The notes under the pieces: model-generated | Seen by the model: only the letters and a program-made list of their open reading frames with translations | The model's database searches: none | What the model was told of the DNA's origin: nothing | Assembly (NCBI GenBank): GCA_003552185.1 | Contig: PUOW01000218.1 | Span: 1 to 40,455 of the forward strand | Source of the DNA: Spirochaetaceae bacterium | Lineage (GTDB): Bacteria; Spirochaetota; Spirochaetia; DSM-27196; SLAA01 | Direction: 5' to 3' | Length of the DNA stretch: 40,455 bases | Part shown: positions 26,440 through 35,625 of the stretch, piece after piece | Layout: each line of letters starts with the position of its first letter | Position numbering within the stretch: position 1 is the first letter of the stretch | Translations under genes and position numbers: made by a program

Positions 26440-26470
26440 TTTCCGCCCTCCTTTTCCGAAACGCCGCTGC

Positions 26471-26533
26471 CGGACAATTGCGCGGACAATTGCGCGGACA
26501 ATTGCGCGGACAATTGCGCGGACAATTGCGCGG
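26471..26533. repeat. Perfect 12-bp tandem repeat CGGACAATTGCG x5 (VNTR) in a divergent promoter region
   Basis: Units start at 26471, 26483, 26495, 26507 and 26519. Confidence 0.95.
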
Positions 26534-26577
26534 CTCGTGGCAAACATGATAAGTACAACCTGGGAGGAACGACAAGC

Positions 26578-27447
26578 GTGTTGCAACGGGTTCTCGAGTT
26601 GAGCCGGCTCAACTCACCGCGCTCTCGTGCGCTCGGTCGCAAGGTCGTCACCGGTTGTTTGATCGGAGTCGCCAACATCATCCCCGGGATCAGCGGCGGC
26701 ACAATCGCGGTCGTGACCGGAATCTACGAACCGTTGCTCGCCCGAATCAGCGGCTTTTTCACCGCGTACGGTGGCTGGCGCAGCAACCTGCGTTTTCTCG
26801 CACCGGTTGTTCTCGGAGTGCTGCTTGGCGCGGTGGGTTTTGCACACCTGATCGGCATGCTTCTCGAACAGCTACCCGAACAGACGATGCTATTCTTCCT
26901 TGGTTTGATTCTCGGAAGCGTGCCGTTTCTCGCGAGGCGGGCGTTGCGAGGCCGCCCGCACCCCGTCGCGCTTTCACCGTTTCTCGTCACGCTCGCGCTT
27001 ACAGTCGCGATGGCGTTGGCCGATCGCCCTCCCGTCGGTGAGCCGCTGCGAGAGCTGACGCTCGCGACGCTTGTTCAGCTGTTTGGAACCGGGATCGTGA
27101 GCGCAACCGCGATGGTGGTGCCCGGAGTCTCGGGCTCGTTCTTGCTCCTGCTGATCGGGATGTACTCGACCTTTATCGCCGCGATCCGTGAGCTCAATAT
27201 TGCGTTACTCGCGGCCTTCCTCACCGGCACTGCGTTCGGCATCGTAGCCACCGCGAAGCTCGTCACCTTCGTTTTGAAACGCTTCCCTGCTCCGTCGTAC
27301 GCCGCGATTCTGGGGCTTGTGCTGGGATCGAGCCTTGCGCTGTGGCCCGGCATTGCTTCGCCTCTCTCGGGGCTCACCGGCTTGGGCGCCGCAGTGCTCG
27401 GGTTCGTTGCAGCCGACCGTCTTGGCGCCGGCCGGCGCAACAGTTGA
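26578..27447 (+). CDS. DUF368 membrane protein (undecaprenyl-phosphate translocase family)
   Basis: GVANIIPGISGGTIA and AMVVPGVSGSFLLLLIGMY repeats; FFLGLILGS. Confidence 0.92.
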   Translation: MLQRVLELSRLNSPRSRALGRKVVTGCLIGVANIIPGISGGTIAVVTGIYEPLLARISGFFTAYGGWRSNLRFLAPVVLGVLLGAVGFAHLIGMLLEQLPEQTMLFFLGLILGSVPFLARRALRGRPHPVALSPFLVTLALTVAMALADRPPVGEPLRELTLATLVQLFGTGIVSATAMVVPGVSGSFLLLLIGMYSTFIAAIRELNIALLAAFLTGTAFGIVATAKLVTFVLKRFPAPSYAAILGLVLGSSLALWPGIASPLSGLTGLGAAVLGFVAADRLGAGRRNS

Positions 27448-27472
27448 CAGCCTAGTCCGGTTCATGTAGTGT
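27444..27472 (+). promoter_or_regulatory. Sigma70 promoter of infA
   Basis: TTGACA(27444-27449)-17-TAGTGT(27467-27472); the -35 overlaps the DUF368 stop codon. Confidence 0.7.
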
Positions 27473-27518
27473 TTACTCGGTCAGTTGCATCACGTTGTAT
27501 CTATGGCGAGGAGGAGCT

Positions 27519-27737
27519 GTGGCGAAAGAAGAGGCCATTGAAGTTGAAGGTATCGTTAAGGAATCTCTGCCGAACACCATGTTTCGTGTTGAACTCAAGA
27601 ACGGTCATACCATACTCACGCATCTCTCGGGCAAAATGCGAAAGCATTACATCCGAATTGTGCCGGGCGACAAGGTGAAGGTGGCGCTCTCTCCGTACGA
27701 CCTCACTCGCGGACGTATCATTTACCGCGAACGGTAG
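27519..27737 (+). CDS. infA: Translation initiation factor IF-1
   Basis: [59 protein letters not shown]; GAGGAG RBS. Confidence 0.99.
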   Translation: MAKEEAIEVEGIVKESLPNTMFRVELKNGHTILTHLSGKMRKHYIRIVPGDKVKVALSPYDLTRGRIIYRER

Positions 27738-28204
27738 CCTCTTACAATTGCCCAGGTAGCTCCCGATCCGCCTTCGCTTCGCTTCGGCGTGCCGATCTCG
27801 CCTATTGCCGAGTGAGCCTGCAGGAAAGACCGAACGAACTCAGGCAAGACCGCTTTGTCGGAAGAGTGCTTGCCTTTCCCGTGAATCACGAGCACTTTTC
27901 GCACGCCGGTCTCGAGTGACTGCCGGATGAACTGCTCAAGCGCAGCTGCGGCCTGTTCTATGGTGTATCCGTGGAGATCGAGCTCGGCCTCCACCGCGAG
28001 CCTCCGTCCGGCGCGTCGACCGGAGGGATCTCCGCCCTGCTCATCATCGAGCTCGACATAGAGCTCAGGATCGGCCTCTCCGGGCTCCGGCGGATAGCGA
28101 TCTATCCATTGCTCGAGTGCATAGCGCTGCGATCGCCGGCGCTCCGGTTCGGAGCGTTGTCGACGGCTCGCCTCCCACTCTTGAAGAATCCGCTCAAAAT
28201 CCAT
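27722..28204 (-). CDS. Smr (small MutS-related) domain protein
   Basis: [23 protein letters not shown]; its 3' end overlaps infA by 16 nt. Confidence 0.92.
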   Translation of the reverse strand: MDFERILQEWEASRRQRSEPERRRSQRYALEQWIDRYPPEPGEADPELYVELDDEQGGDPSGRRAGRRLAVEAELDLHGYTIEQAAAALEQFIRQSLETGVRKVLVIHGKGKHSSDKAVLPEFVRSFLQAHSAIGEIGTPKRSEGGSGATWAIVRGYRSR

Positions 28205-28208
28205 AGCG

Positions 28209-30281
28209 CTACTCCCGGGTTTTTCGAATCGGCGGCGGCTCCCCGATTGTGCCGACCACCGCCTCGCCGCTCAGCCACCCCTCCACACCGTACCCGGTTC
28301 GCACCAGCTGGAAATCGCGATGCCTCACGAGAACCTGCACCGCGGTACCGCCCTCAAGCCGCAGCCATGCATCCGCATCGGCGTCCGGTATACGACGGAG
28401 AACCGCGGTCTCAGGCCCCACGATCGCTACCGGCATCCTGGAGGCACGAACGCTCGCGAGCGCGAATCCCGCCGACGCGAGCGTCAACACCACCGCGAAC
28501 ACCGCAATAATCACCACGGTTGCTCCCCGGAACCGGCGTTTTGCAAACACCGCGACCAGGCACAACAGGTTTACCAACACCAGCGCCGCGATCACAAATA
28601 CATCGGGATGCGGTAGACGCGACGGCTCCGGTTGTTGCTCGAGTCCGAGCCTGGCCTCGAGATGAGCGAGCGCCGTACCGATCTCGGGGGCACGGGCGTT
28701 AGCACGAAGCGCGCGGCGCAACCGATATACGGCTTCAGCTACGGCGCCTTCGTTGTACAACGCAAGCGCGGAGTTATACAACAGGCCGGGGCTGTCGGGG
28801 CGTTCCTGCAAGACTTGGTCGTAGATCTCGAGCGCCTCGGCATGCGAACCGGCACGCTGCATCTCGATCGCGCGCGTAACACGGTCCTCCGGGAACGCCT
28901 CGGAGGCCGTAGCCGCCAGGAGCAGCACAAGCACAACAGCCGGTGCTCCGCCCCGCGTCGGCAAAACGCCGGACACCCCCAGCAACACCACGATGATGCC
29001 CGGTAGCAACCAGAGGTAGGTCTCGGCGCGTCGGTAGTAGTTCGCGGGCTCGATTCGCCGAATACCCTCGAGATCAAGAACCGCGAGCGCCTCTCCTTCT
29101 TCGCCCCCGCCGACACCTGCGGTCTCGGCCTGTTCAACCTGCAGTGCCGGAGCCGCGGGCCGTCCTCGCTGCGTACCGCCGAGTTCCGGATCGAGCCACA
29201 CGAACTCCGGCAGCCGAATCGAGTGCACGCCGGTAGAGCGCGGGGTCACGCGATATCGCAGCTCACGCGTTCCGACGAAACCGGCCGCCTCAGCGGCTAT
29301 GTCGTGGGTTTCTTCCAGCTCCGTGACCACAAACTCGTCGGACTCCAGCGACGGGATCTGAAGCGTCTCAAGATTCCCCCGTCCGCGTACCCGCAGGGTG
29401 AGAACGGTAGAGTCCCCCTCGGCGATGCGGTCATCCTCGAGGTCGGCGTCATACTCGAAGACACCGACCGCATTGCTACCGCGCACCTCTTCCGGCAGTT
29501 CGCGTAGGGTGAGCTCTTTCGCACGAGTGAGCTCGTCGAACGCTCCGGCCTGCACCCGCGCTTGCGGCAACTCAACCGAGCCGGCCCTATCGACGGTGTA
29601 GAGAAAGCGTGCAATCGGAATCGTGAACAAGGTACGATTGCCGACCTCGCGACGCTCGATCTCTTCGAAGGCCTGAACCTCGACGAACTCGCCTTCCTCC
29701 GGACTCGGGACTTCGAGGGAGTCGGGGAAGACGTACTCCTCGGCATTCTCGATCACCAGCGAGATCGGGACGACTTCGTTTTGGTACAGTTCTTCACGAC
29801 CGACACGCCACGACACGCCAAACGGTACCTCATCGGAAGCCCCCGCCACCGAAACCTCGAGCACCTGCGGCTCGGTCTCGAACACCTCTTCACCGGCATG
29901 TATGCGAAAAGACTCCAGAACGGCTCGCCCGGGACGCGCAGCCTGCCCTTCGATGCGTACCCGCGCGGCGCGACCTGCAAATCCCCGCCCGGGCAGCGAA
30001 AGCCCCGTTTCGATCACGGTGTTGGGGTTTGGAGCCACGATATCCGGCAGATCCAGACCGGCGATCTCGATCTCGTCGGACTCAAGATTCGTCGGAACAA
30101 CGACCTCGAGCGTGATCCGGCTGCCGGGGCTCGGCGGAGTATCGGATAGCTCCACCCTCAACCGCGCAGGGTCCTCCTCCGAGAAACCGAGCGCTGCGGT
30201 CGACAAGAGGAATACCGTGAGAGCTGTGATTACCAGTAGAGCTCTACCTCTTCGAGCTCCGGTGTTTCGGTGGCAAACCAC
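28209..30281 (-). CDS. batD: BatD-like exported protein fused to a BatE-like TPR plus SH3 region
   Basis: Signal peptide, beta-rich domains (AVGVF, LRVRGRGNL, FVWLDP), TM, TPR (LLYNSALALY..A.YRLRRAL), TMs, C-terminal LRRIP..GTAV.V...GVEGW. Confidence 0.8.
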   Translation of the reverse strand: MVCHRNTGARRGRALLVITALTVFLLSTAALGFSEEDPARLRVELSDTPPSPGSRITLEVVVPTNLESDEIEIAGLDLPDIVAPNPNTVIETGLSLPGRGFAGRAARVRIEGQAARPGRAVLESFRIHAGEEVFETEPQVLEVSVAGASDEVPFGVSWRVGREELYQNEVVPISLVIENAEEYVFPDSLEVPSPEEGEFVEVQAFEEIERREVGNRTLFTIPIARFLYTVDRAGSVELPQARVQAGAFDELTRAKELTLRELPEEVRGSNAVGVFEYDADLEDDRIAEGDSTVLTLRVRGRGNLETLQIPSLESDEFVVTELEETHDIAAEAAGFVGTRELRYRVTPRSTGVHSIRLPEFVWLDPELGGTQRGRPAAPALQVEQAETAGVGGGEEGEALAVLDLEGIRRIEPANYYRRAETYLWLLPGIIVVLLGVSGVLPTRGGAPAVVLVLLLAATASEAFPEDRVTRAIEMQRAGSHAEALEIYDQVLQERPDSPGLLYNSALALYNEGAVAEAVYRLRRALRANARAPEIGTALAHLEARLGLEQQPEPSRLPHPDVFVIAALVLVNLLCLVAVFAKRRFRGATVVIIAVFAVVLTLASAGFALASVRASRMPVAIVGPETAVLRRIPDADADAWLRLEGGTAVQVLVRHRDFQLVRTGYGVEGWLSGEAVVGTIGEPPPIRKTRE

Positions 30282-30832
30282 CTGCCGTCCTCCCGTCGTC
30301 GGATGTACTCCAGCACACGACTCGTTTCTGCGCTCGGTTCGTGATCGCCGTCACGCTCAACCCGCTCTACCTGATCTATGCCGGCGCCGGCCTGTATTCT
30401 CTGAAACGCCAGCTCCAGATTGCGTTTAGCCTCGAGGCTGCCGCTTTCGATCGTTAGAGCGGCGCGAAACTCGTCGTACGCTTGCCGATAGCGCCCTTGC
30501 TCGTAGAATAACAAACCCCGGTTGAAGCGAATGCCGAACGACAGTTCCTCGTGCTCGCCCTGCTCGGCCTCGTCCCATAACTCCAGAGCCGCCTCGCTCT
30601 CGCCGAGCGCATGGTACGCATTCGCGAGATTATACGCCACGTAGGCGCGATAGTCTTCGCTCTCGATGATATCGAAGTATCGCACGATCGCGTCTTGATA
30701 CTGTCCACGCCCAAATGCGTAGTTTGCCTGAACGACCGCAAGCTGCGGTACCACCGCTTCGCAGCCCCCAAGCAGCGCGATCGCGGCTGCTATGATCGCA
30801 GGCAGCTTGAACCCTTTTGCTGCCGCAGCCAT
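30230..30832 (-). CDS. batC: TPR protein, BatC-like
   Basis: ANYAFGRGQYQDA, YNLANAYHALG, FNRGLLFYEQGRY, AKRNLELA; ends in W like BatC. Confidence 0.78.
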   Translation of the reverse strand: MAAAAKGFKLPAIIAAAIALLGGCEAVVPQLAVVQANYAFGRGQYQDAIVRYFDIIESEDYRAYVAYNLANAYHALGESEAALELWDEAEQGEHEELSFGIRFNRGLLFYEQGRYRQAYDEFRAALTIESGSLEAKRNLELAFQRIQAGAGIDQVERVERDGDHEPSAETSRVLEYIRRREDGRWFATETPELEEVELYW

Positions 30833-31821
30833 TATAGGATCCTCCGCCAGCGTACAATCCGCAACGCGTTCTCTAAGACGAGAAATAGGAGCGCCGGCGC
30901 CAAGAAGAAGCGATATCGGGGAACAGAGGCAAGCCGGAACCCGTCACGATCTCGCCGCTCCGTGTGCCCTCCCAGCCCCTCACGCAGCTTCGAGAACACC
31001 TCGCCTTCACCGGCCTGCAGATGCAGCCCGTCGGTAGCTTCGGCTACGCGCCGCATCGCGCTCTGATCGGCGCTTGTGTAAATCACTTCGCCGTCGTGCG
31101 TCTCGGCTGCGCCCCCGCCCGTCAACGGGATAACGGCGCCTTGCTCCAACCCCGTGGTAATGCTAAAGATCGGTATGCCACGCGCGGCCGCCGAGCGCGC
31201 CGCACGGCTCGGGTTACCGCTATGATACTCGCCGTCCGAGATCAGCACAATTGCTTGATGACGAGCCGACCCTTCGGGGAAGGTGTCGAGCGCCGACTCG
31301 ACGGCACGCTCGATATCGGTGCCGGGCGCGGTGAGCGTTTCGGGCGAGAGCACCGAAAGAAGCGACTGCACCGCGTACCCGTCCTCGGTCATCGGCAGAA
31401 CCGGAACCGCGCGCCCCCCGAACGCCACTACCGCGAAGCGCGACTCCGGGAAGTCCTGCACAACCGAGCGCACGATATCCTTGCCGCGCTCGAGGCGGTT
31501 CGGGCCGATATCCTCGGCGAGCATGCTGAGCGATACGTCGATCGCGAACACAATCTCGATGCCGCTGCGGTCCTCTTCAATGGGGCGTCGACCCCAGTAG
31601 AACCCCGCCAGGCTCAGAATCACAAAGGAGAAGAACAGGACCGTGCACACGCCGCGGAAGAACGACTTCACAAGATATACATTCGCCAGCTCTCGTGACC
31701 ACACTTCGCTACCGAGACGCTTGAGGTCGCGTCGTCCACGGCGATACGTCCAAACGAGAGCCGGAATCATGATCGCCACGATCACGAAGAGCCAGAACAC
31801 CTCAGGATGCGTGACCGTCAT
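30832..31821 (-). CDS. batB: VWA domain membrane protein, BatB-like
   Basis: IDVSLSMLAEDI.PNRL, FAVVAF, LPMTED, GTDI, LISDGE. Confidence 0.85.
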   Translation of the reverse strand: MTVTHPEVFWLFVIVAIMIPALVWTYRRGRRDLKRLGSEVWSRELANVYLVKSFFRGVCTVLFFSFVILSLAGFYWGRRPIEEDRSGIEIVFAIDVSLSMLAEDIGPNRLERGKDIVRSVVQDFPESRFAVVAFGGRAVPVLPMTEDGYAVQSLLSVLSPETLTAPGTDIERAVESALDTFPEGSARHQAIVLISDGEYHSGNPSRAARSAAARGIPIFSITTGLEQGAVIPLTGGGAAETHDGEVIYTSADQSAMRRVAEATDGLHLQAGEGEVFSKLREGLGGHTERRDRDGFRLASVPRYRFFLAPALLFLVLENALRIVRWRRIL

Positions 31822-32819
31822 AGAATCTCCTTCAGCACCAGAGCTCGCAGAGCAAACTCCAGAAGTAACAACAATGCTCCGAAACTCGCGACCTGCCTGT
31901 GCAACGGCTCGCTCTGCACCTCGACGCGCGTTCGCCGCTCAACAGTCTCGATGCTGTCGATCGATTGCAGTATCGATTCGAGTGCCGCCGCGCCGGTGGC
32001 GTGAAAATACGATCCACCGGTAAGATCGGCCAGCCGCCGCAACTGCTCCTCATCGAAGGCCTCAACCACGGTACCGCGATACATCACCCCGCTCTCGGGA
32101 TCCTCGAATTCGATCGGAGTCTCACCTTCACGCCCTACGCCGATTGTGTAGATTCTGATCCCGAGGTCGGCAGCGATCTCGGCGGCAGCTTCGGGCGATA
32201 TCTCCCCGGCATTGTTCTTCCCGTCGGTCAGCAGAATCATAACACGCTCGGTCGCTTGCCCGGCCTCGAGATGCAGCGCGCCGACGGCCAGTCCCAGTCC
32301 GATCGCGGTTCCGTCACCGAGCTCCATGATGCGCACTTGATCGAGCGCCTGAAGGACATGATCATGGTCGGTGGTGGGCGGCACCCGCAGCGCGGCCTCC
32401 TTCGCGAAACTCACGAGTCCGACGGGATCGTTCTCTCTTCGTCGCACGAAGCGCCGAACAACGTCCTTGGCCGCCTCCAGCCGGTTTTCCGGCTGGAAGT
32501 CCTGCGCCGCCATAGTCGGCGACTCGTCGAGCACCACCATGATATCGATTCCACGAGTGAGATGCACCGGCTGTCGTGAAACCTGTGCCGGTCCGGCAAG
32601 CGCAACGATGAGCGCAACAAGACCGGTCCAGAACATCATCACCGCGATCGCGTTCGCGAGGCGCACGCGCCACACCTTTGGGCGAAACCCCGTCCCGTTG
32701 TAGATCGCGAACGGAAAGCGGATTCTGCCCCCGCGCTGCGACCAGAAGTGCTTCAGGTATATCGCGGGCGGCAGCAGAAGAAGCAGTAGCAGCGCAGTAG
32801 GATACTCAAGCACCCACAC
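31818..32819 (-). CDS. batA: VWA domain membrane protein, BatA-like
   Basis: GIDIMVVLDESPTMAAQDF..NRL.AAK, PPTTDH, DGTAIGLGL, ILLTDGKNNAG.ISP, IYTIGVG; GTG 32819 after GGAGG. Confidence 0.88.
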   Translation of the reverse strand: MWVLEYPTALLLLLLLPPAIYLKHFWSQRGGRIRFPFAIYNGTGFRPKVWRVRLANAIAVMMFWTGLVALIVALAGPAQVSRQPVHLTRGIDIMVVLDESPTMAAQDFQPENRLEAAKDVVRRFVRRRENDPVGLVSFAKEAALRVPPTTDHDHVLQALDQVRIMELGDGTAIGLGLAVGALHLEAGQATERVMILLTDGKNNAGEISPEAAAEIAADLGIRIYTIGVGREGETPIEFEDPESGVMYRGTVVEAFDEEQLRRLADLTGGSYFHATGAAALESILQSIDSIETVERRTRVEVQSEPLHRQVASFGALLLLLEFALRALVLKEIL

Positions 32820-33720
32820 GTCGCGGTTCCTCCGTCGATTCTTTCTCGGCCGCGCGCTGCGTATCGTGCTCGATCCTCTCAAGAACGCGGCGCACCAGCT
32901 CGAGATGTGCGCGTCGCTCTCCGAGCCGTGAACTGCGCGAAGCGAACTTCACCAGGTCGGCGGAGTGAAACAGCTGTATCAGCTGCTCCCGATCGTCCAG
33001 ATCTAAGATGAGCCTACGAAGGTGACTGCCGAGTTCGGAGCTCGTTGCAGACATGAGGTCGCGGTGGAGTTTCTCGGAGAAGTAGGCTCTGAGCTCCTGC
33101 ATCAACTCGATATAAAAGCTACGGGGCTCGAGCTCCTCGATGCGCCCCTCGAGCGCTCGTAACGCCTTGAGAACGCGACGGTACGGCTTGCCGGAGCGGT
33201 AACCGACAAGGATGCGCTCGAGTTGCTTCCTCCCCCACCGCGCGCCGGCGAGCGCACCGAACGGCACCAGCAGCAGCAACGCCGCCGCCGCGGCGAAGGT
33301 GATGCGCGTGTAAGGGAGCACCGCTTGGCGGTGAGGCGGAGCAGGTTCGGTATCGGCGCCCTCGAGCACCGAAGAAACGTGTAGATTGAGTTCGCGCACC
33401 TCTATCCCGCCGAGATCTATCGCCGGCAGCGTCAAGGTTCCCGGCTGGTACGGTGTGAGCGCTACCCGCAGCTCATACTCGTTGCCCTGTGGAAAGATAC
33501 TGAGATCGTGAAACTCGGCCCACGGTGCCTCGGGTAACGAGCTCGGCTCGGTAATCGAGACCGCGTCCGCAGGCCGTATCGAGACCCGCAACTCCACACG
33601 GTCGCCGACATACGAGGTCTGCGGCAGCGTTATCGATTGCGTAATGCGATAGTCTTCCTGGGCGCCGACCGCGACTACGGTCGCGATACACACGGCGCAC
33701 ACCAGCACCATCCGCTTCAC
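32806..33720 (-). CDS. Bat-cluster membrane protein (signal peptide, beta domain, TM, helical domain; DUF4381/BatD-like)
   Basis: YVGDRVELRV, FYIEL..ELRAY, ADLVKFA motifs typical of the gene between DUF58 and batA; GTGA overlap with the DUF58 stop. Confidence 0.75.
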   Translation of the reverse strand: MKRMVLVCAVCIATVVAVGAQEDYRITQSITLPQTSYVGDRVELRVSIRPADAVSITEPSSLPEAPWAEFHDLSIFPQGNEYELRVALTPYQPGTLTLPAIDLGGIEVRELNLHVSSVLEGADTEPAPPHRQAVLPYTRITFAAAAALLLLVPFGALAGARWGRKQLERILVGYRSGKPYRRVLKALRALEGRIEELEPRSFYIELMQELRAYFSEKLHRDLMSATSSELGSHLRRLILDLDDREQLIQLFHSADLVKFASRSSRLGERRAHLELVRRVLERIEHDTQRAAEKESTEEPRRVGA

Positions 33721-34595
33721 CGCTTTCTCCTGCGAAAAAACTCTACCAATCGGGCCGCCGGGTCGTCGTCGGTTCGCACCTCCAGAGTTGCGACACCCCG
33801 TCGCCGACACTCACGCACCCACTGTCGGCGCTGCACCTCCCAGAACTCTCGGTACTGGCGCCGAAAATGTTTCGTGGAACCGCCGGCAAGAATCGTTGCC
33901 CCAGTCTCGGGATCCTCGAGCCGAAGCATTCCGGTCTGGGGATAGACATCGTCGATCGGATCGGTAATACGCACCGCGATCACGTCGTGTCGCTTCGCGA
34001 GCATGCTCAGCTCGCGATAGTAGCCGGCGGTCTTGAAGTCCGACAACACTACGCAGATTCCACGCCGCTTCTGTGTCTCGACCGCGGTTCGCAACGCCGC
34101 CGAGATATCCGACCCGGTTCCCCGAGGCCGAAAGGTCAGCATATCCTGCAGCAGTCGGAGTGCGTGCTTCTTACCCTTCATCGGAGGGACCCAGTTCTCA
34201 ATGCGATCGGTAAAAAACAGCGCACCGACTCGGTCGTTGTTCTGTACCGCAGCAAAGGTTAAGAGTGCAAACAGTAGCCGCTCGATCTCGGGGCGTCCTT
34301 CGGCGCTTCCGCCGCTGCGAAGCGAAGCCGAGAGGTCTACGATGAGAAACAGCGTGAGCTCGCGCTCCTCCCGGAACGTCTTGGTGTAGGCGGCCCCGAG
34401 CCGTGAGCTTACGTTCCAATCGATCAAGCGCGCATCGTCGCCGTCGACGTACTCGCGCACCTCGTCGAACTCGATGCCGGGGCCCTTGAAGACTGAGCGG
34501 TAGTTGCCCGCAAGCAGGTCCTCGACCAGCTTGGTAGAGATGAGCTGCAGTTTGCGGGCGTTGGAAAGATAGCGTGCGCGGTCTCGCTTCGGCAT
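33717..34595 (-). CDS. DUF58 domain protein (MoxR partner)
   Basis: GNYRSVFKGPGIEFDEVREY..GDD.R.IDWNVS.R, EEREL, VDLSAS, NDRVG, LSDF. Confidence 0.95.
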   Translation of the reverse strand: MPKRDRARYLSNARKLQLISTKLVEDLLAGNYRSVFKGPGIEFDEVREYVDGDDARLIDWNVSSRLGAAYTKTFREERELTLFLIVDLSASLRSGGSAEGRPEIERLLFALLTFAAVQNNDRVGALFFTDRIENWVPPMKGKKHALRLLQDMLTFRPRGTGSDISAALRTAVETQKRRGICVVLSDFKTAGYYRELSMLAKRHDVIAVRITDPIDDVYPQTGMLRLEDPETGATILAGGSTKHFRRQYREFWEVQRRQWVRECRRRGVATLEVRTDDDPAARLVEFFRRRKR

Positions 34596-34603
34596 GTCTT
34601 CCG

Positions 34604-35602
34604 CTACGGTACAGGAACGCTTTGTAGCATACTGTCGATGATGTCGTCCGGGGTAAGTTCTTCGCTCTCGGCCTCGTACGAGAGAATCACGCGGTGCCGC
34701 AGAACCTCGGGTGCAACAGCCTTCACGTCCTCCGGCACCACAAATCCGCGGCCCTCGAGCAACGCGTGTACTTTCGCACAGCGATAGAGGTAGATCGTGG
34801 CACGCGGAGAAGCGCCGAACTCAATGTAGCGCGCGTACGAGTTGATGCTGCGGTTGTCGAGGCGTGAGGCGGTAACCAACGAAACGATGTACTCCTCGAT
34901 GCGCTCATCGACACTCACCGACGCCGCGATCTCGCGCAGCCGTTTGATCTCGGAGCGAAACAGCACCGGCTTGAGCTTGATACTCTGAGGCACACCAACG
35001 CGCCTCAGAATGCTCAGCTCCTCCTCGGGGCTGGGATACTCGATCGAGAGTTTGAGGAGAAAACGGTCGAGCTGCGCCTCCGGCAGCGGATATGTTCCTT
35101 CCTGCTCGATAGGATTCTGAGTAGCCATAACGAAGAATGGCTCGCTCAGCTGATAGGTGGTATCGCCGATCGTGACCTGGCGCTCCTCCATCGCTTGCAG
35201 CATCGCCGACTGCACCTTCGCGGGGGCGCGGTTAATCTCGTCCGCAAGAATGACGTTCGAGAAGATCGGGCCCTTGCGCGGGACGAACTCACCGGTTTGC
35301 TGGCGATAGATCAAGGTTCCGATCAGGTCCGCAGGAAGCAGATCGGGGGTGAACTGAATCCGAGTGAACTCGGCATCCACAACCTCGGCAAGCGACTTGA
35401 TCGCGAGCGTCTTCGCGAGACCCGGAACTCCTTCGAGCAGCACATGCCCCCCGGCAAGAATCCCCATCAGCATCCCGCTGATCATGCTTTGCTGCCCGAC
35501 TACGCGCCGCGCGATCTCATCCTTGGCATTCTTGATGATGGTTCCCGCTTCTTTGATATCCCAATCGAGCCGCGCTCCTTTCGTCTCGGCGGATCTGTCC
35601 AT
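34604..35602 (-). CDS. moxR: MoxR family AAA+ ATPase
   Basis: GHVLLEGVPGLAKT, RIQFTPDLLPAD, DEINRAPAKVQSA, ATQNPIEQEGTYPLPEAQLDRF, GASPRA. Confidence 0.97.
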   Translation of the reverse strand: MDRSAETKGARLDWDIKEAGTIIKNAKDEIARRVVGQQSMISGMLMGILAGGHVLLEGVPGLAKTLAIKSLAEVVDAEFTRIQFTPDLLPADLIGTLIYRQQTGEFVPRKGPIFSNVILADEINRAPAKVQSAMLQAMEERQVTIGDTTYQLSEPFFVMATQNPIEQEGTYPLPEAQLDRFLLKLSIEYPSPEEELSILRRVGVPQSIKLKPVLFRSEIKRLREIAASVSVDERIEEYIVSLVTASRLDNRSINSYARYIEFGASPRATIYLYRCAKVHALLEGRGFVVPEDVKAVAPEVLRHRVILSYEAESEELTPDDIIDSMLQSVPVP

Positions 35603-35625
35603 ACGTTCTCACTCCAATTTGTTTT

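Noticed and set aside
26440-26586. N-terminal extension (AIVR)n of the second aldo-keto reductase
   Set aside because: It is the translation of the 12-bp VNTR; the likely start is GTG 26439 with an AAGGAGG RBS.
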